DNA of 55,583 nt, from the IMG/VR virus record IMGVR_UViG_3300028197_000011, positions 1-55,583 of that record. The stretch is one strand, 5' to 3'. The notes under the pieces are model-generated. The model had not been told where the DNA came from. It made no database searches and saw only the letters and a list, made by a program, of their open reading frames with translations. Numbering within the stretch: position 1 is the first letter of the stretch; each line of letters starts with the position of its first letter. Of this stretch, positions 38,200 to 47,419 are shown one piece after another. Position numbers and translations under genes: made by a program. This DNA is from a virus (lineage: Duplodnaviria > Caudoviricetes).

Positions 38200-38935
38200 A
38201 CTTACTCCTAACCTTATTATATGTCTTAATGTTCTTAATTTTCATTATAGTTCCTGTATTTGATTTTGGCTTAATGTTATGTTTATTTGTTATCTTGTTC
38301 ACTGCTTCAAATAAAAACTTCTTTCTAAAAGATTTATCACTAAGTATTTTTTCTAAATCTAGTATAGTTTCTTTTCCATTAAAAAAAATGATTTCAGACC
38401 AAGGCTGACTTGCTCCGTAGCAGAAAAATTCTACAGAGTCTTTGCTAGCATTAACTCCTATTTCCAAACTTTCATCTGAATACTCATTAAGTATTGCGAA
38501 TGAATTAGCAAAATCTAACCCAGTGAATACTTTTGGCTCAAACAATAAGCTACCATCTATGAATAATATCTTATCATTAAATGTATTGTGCAGGCATAGC
38601 CTAGCACTCTCACATGAATTTGTATTTTCGTAGTCTTTGTTTTCTACAATTCTTATGGTATTGTCTTTATACTTATTCATAATGTAACTATAAACTGCGC
38701 TTGTAGAACTACCTACAGATATAATAAGTTCATAGTTAGTAAATTTTTTATTTATCGCATTTATTTGTTTGTCTATTAATTTTTGTTCTCCAACATCTAT
38801 AAAAAGTGTAGGGCTGTGTCGTTTCATTCTGTTTATAGTCTGATCGTGAAGAAGAACTATAGTAATAAATTCTTCATACTTTCTAGGTCGTCTTTTAACA
38901 GGTTGTTTTTTATTCTTCTTAGCAGATGATCTCAT
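38183..38935 (-). CDS. Nucleotidyltransferase-like protein (LicC/MobA fold), probably degenerate
   Basis: IVENKDYENTNSCES and ILFIDGSLLF are present; the N-terminal LAAGxGxR loop is replaced by LLHDQTINR. Confidence 0.6.
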   Translation of the reverse strand: MRSSAKKNKKQPVKRRPRKYEEFITIVLLHDQTINRMKRHSPTLFIDVGEQKLIDKQINAINKKFTNYELIISVGSSTSAVYSYIMNKYKDNTIRIVENKDYENTNSCESARLCLHNTFNDKILFIDGSLLFEPKVFTGLDFANSFAILNEYSDESLEIGVNASKDSVEFFCYGASQPWSEIIFFNGKETILDLEKILSDKSFRKKFLFEAVNKITNKHNIKPKSNTGTIMKIKNIKTYNKVRSKYEVSN

Positions 38936-39363
38936 GCTAACCTTACTCCATTAAATACAAGAAAATATTCTCTTTGTTCTATTTTTTCTATGTTTACATT
39001 TCTACGAGCCAACAACTTCTTAACCTCAGACAAAGCTATGATAGAATTGAGACTAGGCAAGAATTTGTTTAATTGTTCTAGTTGTAAATTTCCAGACGTA
39101 AAGTCAATACATACTCTTTCAAAGTCTGAGATGGAAACGTCAATAGTACCTTTAATCCTAATTTTTGAAATAGATTTATTCAATACCTCTAATGCGTCTT
39201 CTCCACCAATAAGTTGTAAAGCTTCTGATATAATAACTGCATTACAAGAAGATGTTGGCACAGCATCTAGTTCTTTCATGTAGGTTTCTTTGTTTTTTGT
39301 AATGTCTATGTTTGTAAATCCAGACATATGTTTTTTGTCGGAATATGTAATGTGTAGATTCAT
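38932..39363 (-). CDS. Methyltransferase-like protein (degenerate)
   Basis: GFTNIDI...CNAVIISEALQLI...KIRIKGTIDVSISD follows the class I SAM-MTase pattern common in glycan loci. Confidence 0.45.
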   Translation of the reverse strand: MNLHITYSDKKHMSGFTNIDITKNKETYMKELDAVPTSSCNAVIISEALQLIGGEDALEVLNKSISKIRIKGTIDVSISDFERVCIDFTSGNLQLEQLNKFLPSLNSIIALSEVKKLLARRNVNIEKIEQREYFLVFNGVRLA

Positions 39364-39857
39364 TTAAAATATCCTTTATATAAGCTTATAAGTAAATCAT
39401 TAAGTTGATTTGATTCAAATATGTTATTAACAACACAGAGTCCTTGTTTAATTTTCCAAGAATTTAATATTTTATCGGAAGTAAAGATATTCATATCACC
39501 AGCTAATTTATTTACTGCTGATTCAAATTTAGGAGTAATTTCTTGGGGAGGATGGGTAGTAAATACGCATAGTTTAGGTATATCAAAAATTTGAACTATA
39601 GAATCACTGACTTGATTTGTTACGTTGTCATTATCAAAACATATAAGAATGTCATAGCTAATATTAGACATGCCATCACCTTCTGGAAGTTCAAATATAT
39701 TATCTACCTCTCCTGAGTCTTCTATTTTTTCTACTGAAAAAAGATTATTTTTATTAATTAATAGCGCTGTTTCTTTTGTCAAGTGGCAACAAAATAAATT
39801 TAAAACTTCTTTTTGTTGAGACACAACGCTACGTAGCACTGATGAATTTCTATTCAT
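39360..39857 (-). CDS. Hypothetical protein in the glycan cluster
   Basis: 165-aa ORF overlapping both neighbours. Confidence 0.55.
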   Translation of the reverse strand: MNRNSSVLRSVVSQQKEVLNLFCCHLTKETALLINKNNLFSVEKIEDSGEVDNIFELPEGDGMSNISYDILICFDNDNVTNQVSDSIVQIFDIPKLCVFTTHPPQEITPKFESAVNKLAGDMNIFTSDKILNSWKIKQGLCVVNNIFESNQLNDLLISLYKGYFK

Positions 39858-40965
39858 TTAAACTTTCCTTAATCTTATTACCCACCGTATTGTAATTAAA
39901 CTTTTCCCCTAACATATAAGATTTTGTTTTATCTTTTTTATGCCTATTATTATAGTAATATCTCATTGCTTCAGAAACTTTCTTTTCACTGGGATGAAAC
40001 CAAAACTCTGAGCCAGTAAAAATATGATTGAATGCACCATCTTGTTGATTACAAATGTCGTATACTCCATCCACAAGAGTCCCTGACCACTTGTTGTCTG
40101 GGTCTATAAATGTTTTTGGTCCACCCTCATTGCTACATATGGGAGTATTACCAAAGCACATGGCTTCAAAAGATGGAATAGACCAAGCCTCTCCATAAGA
40201 TGGACTAACAAAGCAGTCGCACGAGTAGTGTAAAGATTGTATCTCTTCGTCTGTTACAGGGCTTGTAATAAATCTAATTGCTGGATAGTTCATAGAATCA
40301 TTGTAAAGTCTCATTTCTCGTTGAATATTTACGCACATATTTTGACATTGCTGGTCTAACTCCTCTGGGCCTATATTAAATTTGTTTAGTTTTAATACTA
40401 ATAAAGTATTATCTCTTGGAGAAAAAGTGTGATAATAGCTTCTTATTATGCTTTGTATGTTTTTTCTGTTAGTAACATCCCCTATAAAATAAAATTTAAA
40501 ACAACTTTGATGGCATCCAAAATCAATACTATTATATGATTCTTTATATTTTTCTGTGTTGAAAGTGTGATGTATTGTAGAGACTTTATTTTTTACAAAT
40601 TTTTCTGTATTTTCTTTTAACGTGTCGTTAGGAACCCAAACCTCGTCAACTAAATCCAAAGAACTGTGCCACATATTTTTCTTTGTGTGTATTGTTTCCG
40701 CTTCTAGATAAGCAATATTTTTCTTAAACAAAGAGCTACCTAATATGTGATGAGGCAGAACGTGCTGTATGCAATGCGTGACATCTTCTAAATTGTTTCT
40801 TTCTAGCTCTGTTATTCTGCTGGGTAAACTATAATCTTTATTAGTAAGCTTTATATCCCTACAAACTATTGGTACTCCCACACTATCTATAGCTAGTATA
40901 TGATCTATAGCAGAGTTGGCCCAACCGCTTGATTCTTTGTAATGTCCTATATATAATATTTTCAT
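39850..40965 (-). CDS. Glycosyltransferase family 4
   Basis: VDEVWVP, RKNI and CDCFVSPSYGEAWSIPSFEAM (ExxxxxxxE motif). Confidence 0.9.
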   Translation of the reverse strand: MKILYIGHYKESSGWANSAIDHILAIDSVGVPIVCRDIKLTNKDYSLPSRITELERNNLEDVTHCIQHVLPHHILGSSLFKKNIAYLEAETIHTKKNMWHSSLDLVDEVWVPNDTLKENTEKFVKNKVSTIHHTFNTEKYKESYNSIDFGCHQSCFKFYFIGDVTNRKNIQSIIRSYYHTFSPRDNTLLVLKLNKFNIGPEELDQQCQNMCVNIQREMRLYNDSMNYPAIRFITSPVTDEEIQSLHYSCDCFVSPSYGEAWSIPSFEAMCFGNTPICSNEGGPKTFIDPDNKWSGTLVDGVYDICNQQDGAFNHIFTGSEFWFHPSEKKVSEAMRYYYNNRHKKDKTKSYMLGEKFNYNTVGNKIKESLNE

Positions 40966-42620
40966 TGTATGCCTAACCTATCCCCCCTCTTTTTTTCTAA
41001 TGCGTTCTCTATACTCCTCATTTGCTTTACATATCTATAAGCTATCTCGTAATTGAAAGCTGACTTTTGAATATTACCATCTGAAATCATAGAACTATCA
41101 TTCGCATAAGTTCCAGCAGTAGAAGACGTACTGAATCCATAAAGTAAATCTCTTTGTAATTTCTTGTGGAAATAACTATTTATCTTTTCTGGTTTACATA
41201 ATACATTAGATATTAGAAAGTGACTCATGTGATCTGTAGATGAAAAATTTTCTGGATTCAACATCGGGTGAGATTCTTTAATGTTTAAAGGAGATTTCCA
41301 AGTTAATTCTTCCGGCAATATTTCTACAGAATCAAAATACTTCTCCCAAACTGCCCCACTTTTATCCCACTGATAATGTTTCAAAAAGTTTTGCTTGATA
41401 TTAAATCCTACCTTATTTCTCATGGCTGATGGCTTACTTAAGAAATCAATAATTTTTTCACACGCTGATTCATTGTTGGGTACAGCCCTCATGCATCCTG
41501 TTTCCATCTCTTTATATAAGCTCTTTGTCTCAAGAATTATTCCTTCTAGTTTTCTTATAACACTTGTCATAGCTGAATAATCTATAGATGCTACCGGAAC
41601 TCCTCCAGCTGCTGCCTCTACTTGTGGTAGCCCAAACCCCTCTGAGTTAGCATATTGCACATACAAATCAAAACAATTTATAATTGTAGATAGATTTTCA
41701 TATGTAATTCCGTTCTGAACGTTGGACATAACAGCGTCTACTTCGTTCGTAAAAGGAGAAATAGTCCTTGGGCCTTGAAAGAAAGAGGCAAAGGGCTTGG
41801 AAGTTTTTTTACAAACATATGTAAACATAACATGAGAAGATAGCTTATGCTCCTGTAATAACTGTGGTAAATCCCACCCCATATCTGGATAACTGGTGTG
41901 GCAGTAAAGCAAATAATTTTCAGGATCTTCAACCTTGTCAAGCATCATTCTAAAAGTTTTAAATAAATCGGGATATAATTTTCTTCTTTGATTTCTCATT
42001 ACTGTGCCGAGTATTTTTTTATCTTCTGGTATATTCATATTTATTCTGCACTGAGTCTTGTCTTTTTCCACAGAGTAAGCAGGGTGTGCTGAAGGTGGTG
42101 CAGAACCTACAATATTAATAGAGTTAAAACTTTGTTTCTTTAGCAATTCAGATGCCCAATCAGAGTATGTTAGGCAAGCATCTGCTTTTTTGTAAGCTTC
42201 TATCCACTGGTGCGCTTGAGGTTCAGCGTCTACAGTGGGCATAATACACCATTTATAAAAGTTTCTGTATGGAGATCTCTCTTCAAATTCCATCATCCAG
42301 AAATCTCTAATATCACATACTATATCAGGCATAAAGTCTAAACAAGCATCGTGAAAGTAATATTCTCCAAACTGATTAGTGTATTGAGAATTGTATTTTC
42401 TTTTTTCATCTTCACTAGCTGTCTTTGTCAATGCAGCAGGATAATATTTCCAAGGAATTGATGCTGATCTTGGATCGTCAGCAGACCCGTAGGAAGACAA
42501 CTCAGCAATTTCATACTTACCAGTGTCAAGTAAGTAATTTAAGATTTCTCTAGAGTAGGTAGCGTATCCCGTATTAAGAAATGTCGCTTCCGTGCAAAAC
42601 AAAATTCTTTTTTTTCTCAT
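40962..42620 (-). CDS. Glycosyltransferase family 4
   Basis: RNQRRK and FDLYVQYANSEGFGLPQVEAAAGG; start MRKKRIL by ATGA overlap. Confidence 0.9.
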   Translation of the reverse strand: MRKKRILFCTEATFLNTGYATYSREILNYLLDTGKYEIAELSSYGSADDPRSASIPWKYYPAALTKTASEDEKRKYNSQYTNQFGEYYFHDACLDFMPDIVCDIRDFWMMEFEERSPYRNFYKWCIMPTVDAEPQAHQWIEAYKKADACLTYSDWASELLKKQSFNSINIVGSAPPSAHPAYSVEKDKTQCRINMNIPEDKKILGTVMRNQRRKLYPDLFKTFRMMLDKVEDPENYLLYCHTSYPDMGWDLPQLLQEHKLSSHVMFTYVCKKTSKPFASFFQGPRTISPFTNEVDAVMSNVQNGITYENLSTIINCFDLYVQYANSEGFGLPQVEAAAGGVPVASIDYSAMTSVIRKLEGIILETKSLYKEMETGCMRAVPNNESACEKIIDFLSKPSAMRNKVGFNIKQNFLKHYQWDKSGAVWEKYFDSVEILPEELTWKSPLNIKESHPMLNPENFSSTDHMSHFLISNVLCKPEKINSYFHKKLQRDLLYGFSTSSTAGTYANDSSMISDGNIQKSAFNYEIAYRYVKQMRSIENALEKKRGDRLGIQ

Positions 42621-42946
42621 GACCACTCCCAATCCTCAAAGTCTGAGTCCTGACAAATATCAAATTCATTAACCCTAAAAATTATAGAATCATTATCCTT
42701 AGAAAGATTTTTTGCAGAAGCCTGTATGGATATTTTAGTACCTTTTTTTGCAAATTTTTCTATGGTCTCTGCGCCAGTGTGCCAAGCTTCGCAGTAGATG
42801 TGTGTTGGTATTCTACTCTTCTCTCCTGTACTTTTCGTTCTCCTGTAATTATATACTACTACCACAAATTCTGCTAGAAGTACACTACCAACGTGAGATG
42901 TTTTTGGGTTTTCTATAAGATACCCAGTAAAACAACAATTATTCAT
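42617..42946 (-). CDS. ssb: Single-stranded DNA-binding protein (short, OB fold)
   Basis: MNNCCFTGYL...CEAW...AETIEKFAKKGTKISI with an acidic tail. Confidence 0.7.
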   Translation of the reverse strand: MNNCCFTGYLIENPKTSHVGSVLLAEFVVVVYNYRRTKSTGEKSRIPTHIYCEAWHTGAETIEKFAKKGTKISIQASAKNLSKDNDSIIFRVNEFDICQDSDFEDWEWS

Positions 42947-42993
42947 ATTCTCTCCTATCTTTGTATATTAGCTTGTACAATGTAAAAAAACAA

Positions 42994-44559
42994 TTAAATT
43001 TCGTGAATTTTATCTACGATAAAGGAAGTGTCATTTTTATTAACGGAACCACAAAATATAAGATTATTTCCTTCATATAATATATATTTATATTTACGCT
43101 TAACACTGGGGAAAATAATTACGCTATCAAGTAAACATGTATCATCTTCTATTGTTAAGAAAGACATAGCCTGACCCTTTGAATCACCTTTAGTTATGGT
43201 ATAGTCAGACATTCTTTGTATGTTTGCGCCAACGCAGATATTCTTTCCTTTCTTTCCGTTTAAGATCTGCTTACAAGTAGTATTAGAGGCTGATGTATCT
43301 GACATTTCTACCCGAGTCATAGTAACGGGACAACCTAAGAATCTAGTTTCTTGATCTATTATCCATCCGGCATCATCATCTAAGTCGTAGGGTGGATCTA
43401 TTAAGAGCTGTATCTCGTTTTCAACAATTTGTTTTCTCTCTACCTTGCTGGTTCCACCGCCCTCTTTCTTTGTTGGAGCTAGGCCGGACAAGCAGTCTAT
43501 AAAGTTCTTCCATTTATATGTGGAATAGTTTTTGTGTAACCAAGCTTGCTCTGCTTTGGTTAAACTTCTGTATATTTCGTATTCGTATAAAGCCTTATTT
43601 CTGCTAATAGAACCATTAAAATCTCTAAAGAATCCAATAGATGCCAATGCTTTGAATGCTGTAGAATTAACTTTAGTAGCAAAAAATAATAGTATCTCCA
43701 CCCAGCTAAACTGCTTTACTTTTTTACTAAGTTCTTTTTCGGATTCTAGCAAAGAAGATATTACTTTGTCCCCAGTTTTTCCTGTTAGTGATTTTATATC
43801 TTTTATTCCAAAGTAAATTTTACCTCTATTGACATTGAATTTTTCTTTATAGTTAATTATACTTGGAGTTCTTGCTTGAATGTCAAACAACTTAGCTTCA
43901 GAAATCAGTTCGTATATCTCTTGATGTGGATCTTGTTTTTCGTTTGCAAAATATAAGTAAGCTAGAAAAAATTCTTTCGTATTATGAGCTTTCTGATAAG
44001 CGCTCCAGTATGAACACACTGCGTAGGATATACTATGTGATTTGTTAAACGCATACCTTGCCGATGCTTGAATCCACCCAAATATTTGTTCTGCCTCTTC
44101 TTTATTTACAATCTTAACCCTTTTAGCTCCAGCAATAAACTTCTTTTTGACCTTAGCCATGAGGTCTGCTTTCTTCTTACCAATAGCTTTGCGTAACTCA
44201 TCTGCTTCTTCAAGATTAAAACCAGCTACTTTTTGAGCAATACGCATGGATTGTTCTTGATATACTAGCACTCCATATGTAGGCAGCAACACATCTTCCA
44301 ATGATTCGTGCAAGTATGTTACTTCTTCACGACCATGCTTACGATCAATAAAGTGTTGGGTCATAGACTTGCCGTCCACGAAAGCTTTTAGACATCCGGG
44401 GCGAATGATAGCAATTAATGCTGACAACTCTTCAATATTATTAGGTGCAAGTTTCTTAGACCATGATTTGCCAAGGTTGCTCTCTAGTTGAAACACACCC
44501 TTAGTTTTGCCTTCTGCAAATAATTTCCAAGTATCCTTGTCGTCATATTCATTTGACAT
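42994..44559 (-). CDS. dnaE: DNA polymerase III alpha, C-terminal half (fingers, HhH, OB)
   Basis: GVFQLES, IIRPG, TYGVLVYQEQ, ADELRKAIGKK, YAFNKSHS and MSFLTIEDDT. Confidence 0.92.
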   Translation of the reverse strand: MSNEYDDKDTWKLFAEGKTKGVFQLESNLGKSWSKKLAPNNIEELSALIAIIRPGCLKAFVDGKSMTQHFIDRKHGREEVTYLHESLEDVLLPTYGVLVYQEQSMRIAQKVAGFNLEEADELRKAIGKKKADLMAKVKKKFIAGAKRVKIVNKEEAEQIFGWIQASARYAFNKSHSISYAVCSYWSAYQKAHNTKEFFLAYLYFANEKQDPHQEIYELISEAKLFDIQARTPSIINYKEKFNVNRGKIYFGIKDIKSLTGKTGDKVISSLLESEKELSKKVKQFSWVEILLFFATKVNSTAFKALASIGFFRDFNGSISRNKALYEYEIYRSLTKAEQAWLHKNYSTYKWKNFIDCLSGLAPTKKEGGGTSKVERKQIVENEIQLLIDPPYDLDDDAGWIIDQETRFLGCPVTMTRVEMSDTSASNTTCKQILNGKKGKNICVGANIQRMSDYTITKGDSKGQAMSFLTIEDDTCLLDSVIIFPSVKRKYKYILYEGNNLIFCGSVNKNDTSFIVDKIHEI

Positions 44560-45229
44560 ACAAATTGCCGTCTGCAAACGCCTTATCTAGTTCAATGTTT
44601 TGGTAAACTGCACGATGAGTCTTAAGCAACTTTATAAATATATTAGCCGTATCTTTAACATCTTGCAATGCATCGTGAGCATTTTCTTTGCTCAGTCCCA
44701 TACGCTCCCTAAGAGTATCCATACTGATAGACCTAATGCTTGGATCACCCTCAGTCCACATGTGCATATTATCCATAACGTCACACTTGTGGATCTTACT
44801 AAAGATCTTTTGTTGCTGCCTAGCGTCATCAAAAGGTCCATATTCTTTACATAATCTATTAATAATAATCATATCAAAGCCAATAATATTAAAACCAACG
44901 GGGATAGGATTAAAGAATGGATCTTTTTTCCAATTATATTTATCCACAAAGGTGCAAAACTTTCTCCACACTGACTTAAGCGTTGGGGCTTTTGCCAAGT
45001 CTTTTCTATTTTTCCCCGTGACTTTTAATGCGCCCTCTTCTATAGGGTCAAGACCGGCAGCAATAGCCGCATCGTCATTTAGTATTGGTCTAATCTCACT
45101 ATTAAAAGATCCTTTCATAGCAAGGTTGCGACCGTCTAGTGCGATGGCAGCAATTTGAGTGGGTTGAGTATTATGAGGATTACGACTTCCTGTTTCAAAA
45201 TCAAATACAATAAAATCTCTGTTAGCCAT
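44549..45229 (-). CDS. DEDDh 3'-5' exonuclease (DnaQ/epsilon-like)
   Basis: ExoI VFDFETG, ExoII GFNIIGFD, ExoIII AHDALQDV. Confidence 0.9.
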   Translation of the reverse strand: MANRDFIVFDFETGSRNPHNTQPTQIAAIALDGRNLAMKGSFNSEIRPILNDDAAIAAGLDPIEEGALKVTGKNRKDLAKAPTLKSVWRKFCTFVDKYNWKKDPFFNPIPVGFNIIGFDMIIINRLCKEYGPFDDARQQQKIFSKIHKCDVMDNMHMWTEGDPSIRSISMDTLRERMGLSKENAHDALQDVKDTANIFIKLLKTHRAVYQNIELDKAFADGNLYVK

Positions 45230-45231
45230 TG

Positions 45232-45723
45232 TTAGTCCTTCTTTTCTAGTTTTTCTAGTTCATTAATGCTTAAATTATAGCAGTCTGCTTTAACCTTAAA
45301 ATTATTACTTGGGTCTATCTCGCCTTTCTTGAGTTTTCTGGCTTGCTTAAAATACTCAGCCTTGTCCTTTTGTCCTAATACCCACGCTTTAACAGGTCTA
45401 TCACCTTGAAATTGTACTCTTACAAAAAAGTAAATATCACATCTTTGTTTTGTATTATAAGCAGCTACTGAACAGTCATAGTTTGGTTTAGGAGGACTTG
45501 TGCATCGCTTGGTTTTTACATCATATGTTTTACCATCACTTACAATGTCAAAATCATAAGTATTGGCTTTAACTCCACCCAGATAATCCAAAGCTATCAA
45601 CTCTCCCACAAAACCAGCAACGTTACCTTCACCTTTGGTTATAGAATTTTTAAGCTTGCCTAAATCTCTAGCCATGCTTCTGGCTTTAACTCTCATATAA
45701 TCTGTAACTTTAACTTCTATCAT
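45232..45723 (-). CDS. Small PD-(D/E)XK-fold nuclease-like protein
   Basis: GELIA...YDFDI...YDVKTK arrangement. Confidence 0.55.
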   Translation of the reverse strand: MIEVKVTDYMRVKARSMARDLGKLKNSITKGEGNVAGFVGELIALDYLGGVKANTYDFDIVSDGKTYDVKTKRCTSPPKPNYDCSVAAYNTKQRCDIYFFVRVQFQGDRPVKAWVLGQKDKAEYFKQARKLKKGEIDPSNNFKVKADCYNLSINELEKLEKKD

Positions 45724-47281
45724 TAGTCAATTCCTTAATTTTCATTAGCTTGTCTAGTAGATTAATTCCTAGAACGTCAAATTTTACATGACCTAGCGCT
45801 TCTAGATCAGTCATCTCTAATCCTGCTATCTTTTCTTCTGCGCCTTTCTGTGTTACCATTGGACACACGTTTTTTAATTTATCTTTAGATATTACAACGC
45901 CAGCAGCGTGTTTGCCCTGAGTTTTAAACGTGCCTTCAATATCTATTGCCTGCTTGAAGTATTCAGCATAATCTCCCTCAAGCTTTCCCTCGTCTGTTAT
46001 GTGACAAAAATCTCTTAAGTCATCAGAGCGATTCAATAGTGACCATCTAATGATTGACCTGTCTTCGTCTTCCATGTCTGCAAGTTGATCTGATATGTCT
46101 GCCTCGTTTGGTATGCTCTTTGTTATAGCATTCATCTCACTAAAAGAACAAGCCTCATTTATACGAAGCACTTCTTTTATTGCGCTGCGTCCTTGGAGTC
46201 TGCCAAATGTAATCATCTGGCTAACATGTTCATTTCCATAAGTTGCTTTTAGATAATCTATAACATCGTCTCGACGCTTACCGGGAACGTCCATGTCAAT
46301 ATCTGGTAGAGAAACGTGACCGCCCGTATTACGACCAGCATTATAAAATCTTTCAAACAACAGATCGTGTTCTACCGGATCTATCTTGGTAATACCTACT
46401 AGATATGATATTAAACATCCAGCAGCAGAACCTCTGCCGGGACCAGCTAGACATCCCATATCTTTTTCTATATGTCTAATAATATCTTGAACAATTAAAA
46501 AATATCCAAACAGATCTGCATTTCTAATAACTTCTAATTCTTTGTGGAACCTGTCTCCGTATAGCTTTTGTTTATCTTTATCTTTTCCAACTTTTGGTTT
46601 TAATAATTCTGTGTATCCTTCACGCGCCATCTTTGTTAAGTAATCTTCTTGAGACATACCCTTGGGGCATACAAACTTTGGCAGCATGGGTGGATTTAAA
46701 ATTTCATATTCTTCACAATTTTCGTATACGTATTGTAGTTCTCTATCGGCCTTGCCTTCTACTATACATTTATTATCATTAATAAAGTAATCTAGAATAT
46801 CACTTTCTAATTCTTTTTTCCTAATCTTGTTTTGTATTTTAGGTAATGTTGTCTTGAGTGCGGAACATAATAAAACTCTATGTAATACTGCTTGTTCTTT
46901 CTTTGCGTAATATGATGGTTTAATATTATCATTAGACTTGCTGATTGCTATTAAATTGTTTTTGCTTATAATTTCTTTAGCAACTTCAGATACAATATTC
47001 CCACTGTCATCTGTAGAGGATACCATCTGTATAAGATCATACCAGCCATCTTTGTTCTTAGCGTACACTGTGGTATTGTCAAATGAGCAACCAATTATTG
47101 GCTTGATGCCAACTTTTTTGCAAGCTTGATGGAAAGATACTGCGCCTGATATAGATTTATAATCTGTAATTCCACAAGCTGGATAGTCATTATCAGAACA
47201 AATTTTTGCCAGTTCGTGTGGCTTAGAAAATCCTTTTAGCAAACTATAATGTGTAAAATTCTTCAATGGAAACCAATTCAA
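45710..47281 (-). CDS. dnaE: DNA polymerase III alpha, N-terminal half (reduced PHP, palm, thumb)
   Basis: THYSLLKG, KPIIG, GPGRGSAAG, LLFERF, PDIDMD, HAAGVVI and KFDVLG; TTG start after gaggagg. Confidence 0.92.
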   Translation of the reverse strand: MNWFPLKNFTHYSLLKGFSKPHELAKICSDNDYPACGITDYKSISGAVSFHQACKKVGIKPIIGCSFDNTTVYAKNKDGWYDLIQMVSSTDDSGNIVSEVAKEIISKNNLIAISKSNDNIKPSYYAKKEQAVLHRVLLCSALKTTLPKIQNKIRKKELESDILDYFINDNKCIVEGKADRELQYVYENCEEYEILNPPMLPKFVCPKGMSQEDYLTKMAREGYTELLKPKVGKDKDKQKLYGDRFHKELEVIRNADLFGYFLIVQDIIRHIEKDMGCLAGPGRGSAAGCLISYLVGITKIDPVEHDLLFERFYNAGRNTGGHVSLPDIDMDVPGKRRDDVIDYLKATYGNEHVSQMITFGRLQGRSAIKEVLRINEACSFSEMNAITKSIPNEADISDQLADMEDEDRSIIRWSLLNRSDDLRDFCHITDEGKLEGDYAEYFKQAIDIEGTFKTQGKHAAGVVISKDKLKNVCPMVTQKGAEEKIAGLEMTDLEALGHVKFDVLGINLLDKLMKIKELTNDRS

Positions 47282-47305
47282 TCTTTCCTCCTCAATTTAT
47301 AAGTT

Positions 47306-47357
47306 GCCAGATAGCAACCTGAATCTAGAATGAACTAGGTGATGCTTTGAATCTGGC
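47306..47357. other. Conserved hairpin element, copy H1
   Basis: gccagat-agca-acctgaat-ctag-aatgaa-ctag-gtga-tgct-ttga-atctggc. Confidence 0.8.
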
Positions 47358-47365
47358 TTGTATTC

Positions 47366-47419
47366 TAACGGATGGTGTGTTGAAGCTAGACTAAACTAGT
47401 TAACAGCATGAATCCGTTA
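47366..47419. other. Conserved hairpin element, copy H2
   Basis: taacggat-ggtg-tgttgaag-ctag-actaaa-ctag-ttaa-cagc-atga-atccgtta. Confidence 0.8.

Noticed and set aside
42947-42993. Promoter/operator upstream of ssb (ttgta...tacaa inverted repeat)
   Set aside because: Short, AT-rich, single occurrence, with poor -35/-10 spacing
44559-45710. Split intein or group I intron in dnaE
   Set aside because: No intein splice motifs at either end, and the interval is fully occupied by overlapping ORFs, leaving no evident room for an intron core
47306-47419. Mini-CRISPR or TIGR array reading of the repeats
   Set aside because: The variable parts pair with each other rather than forming unique spacers, the gap between units is only 8 nt, and I recognised no cas or Nop-domain gene in the window
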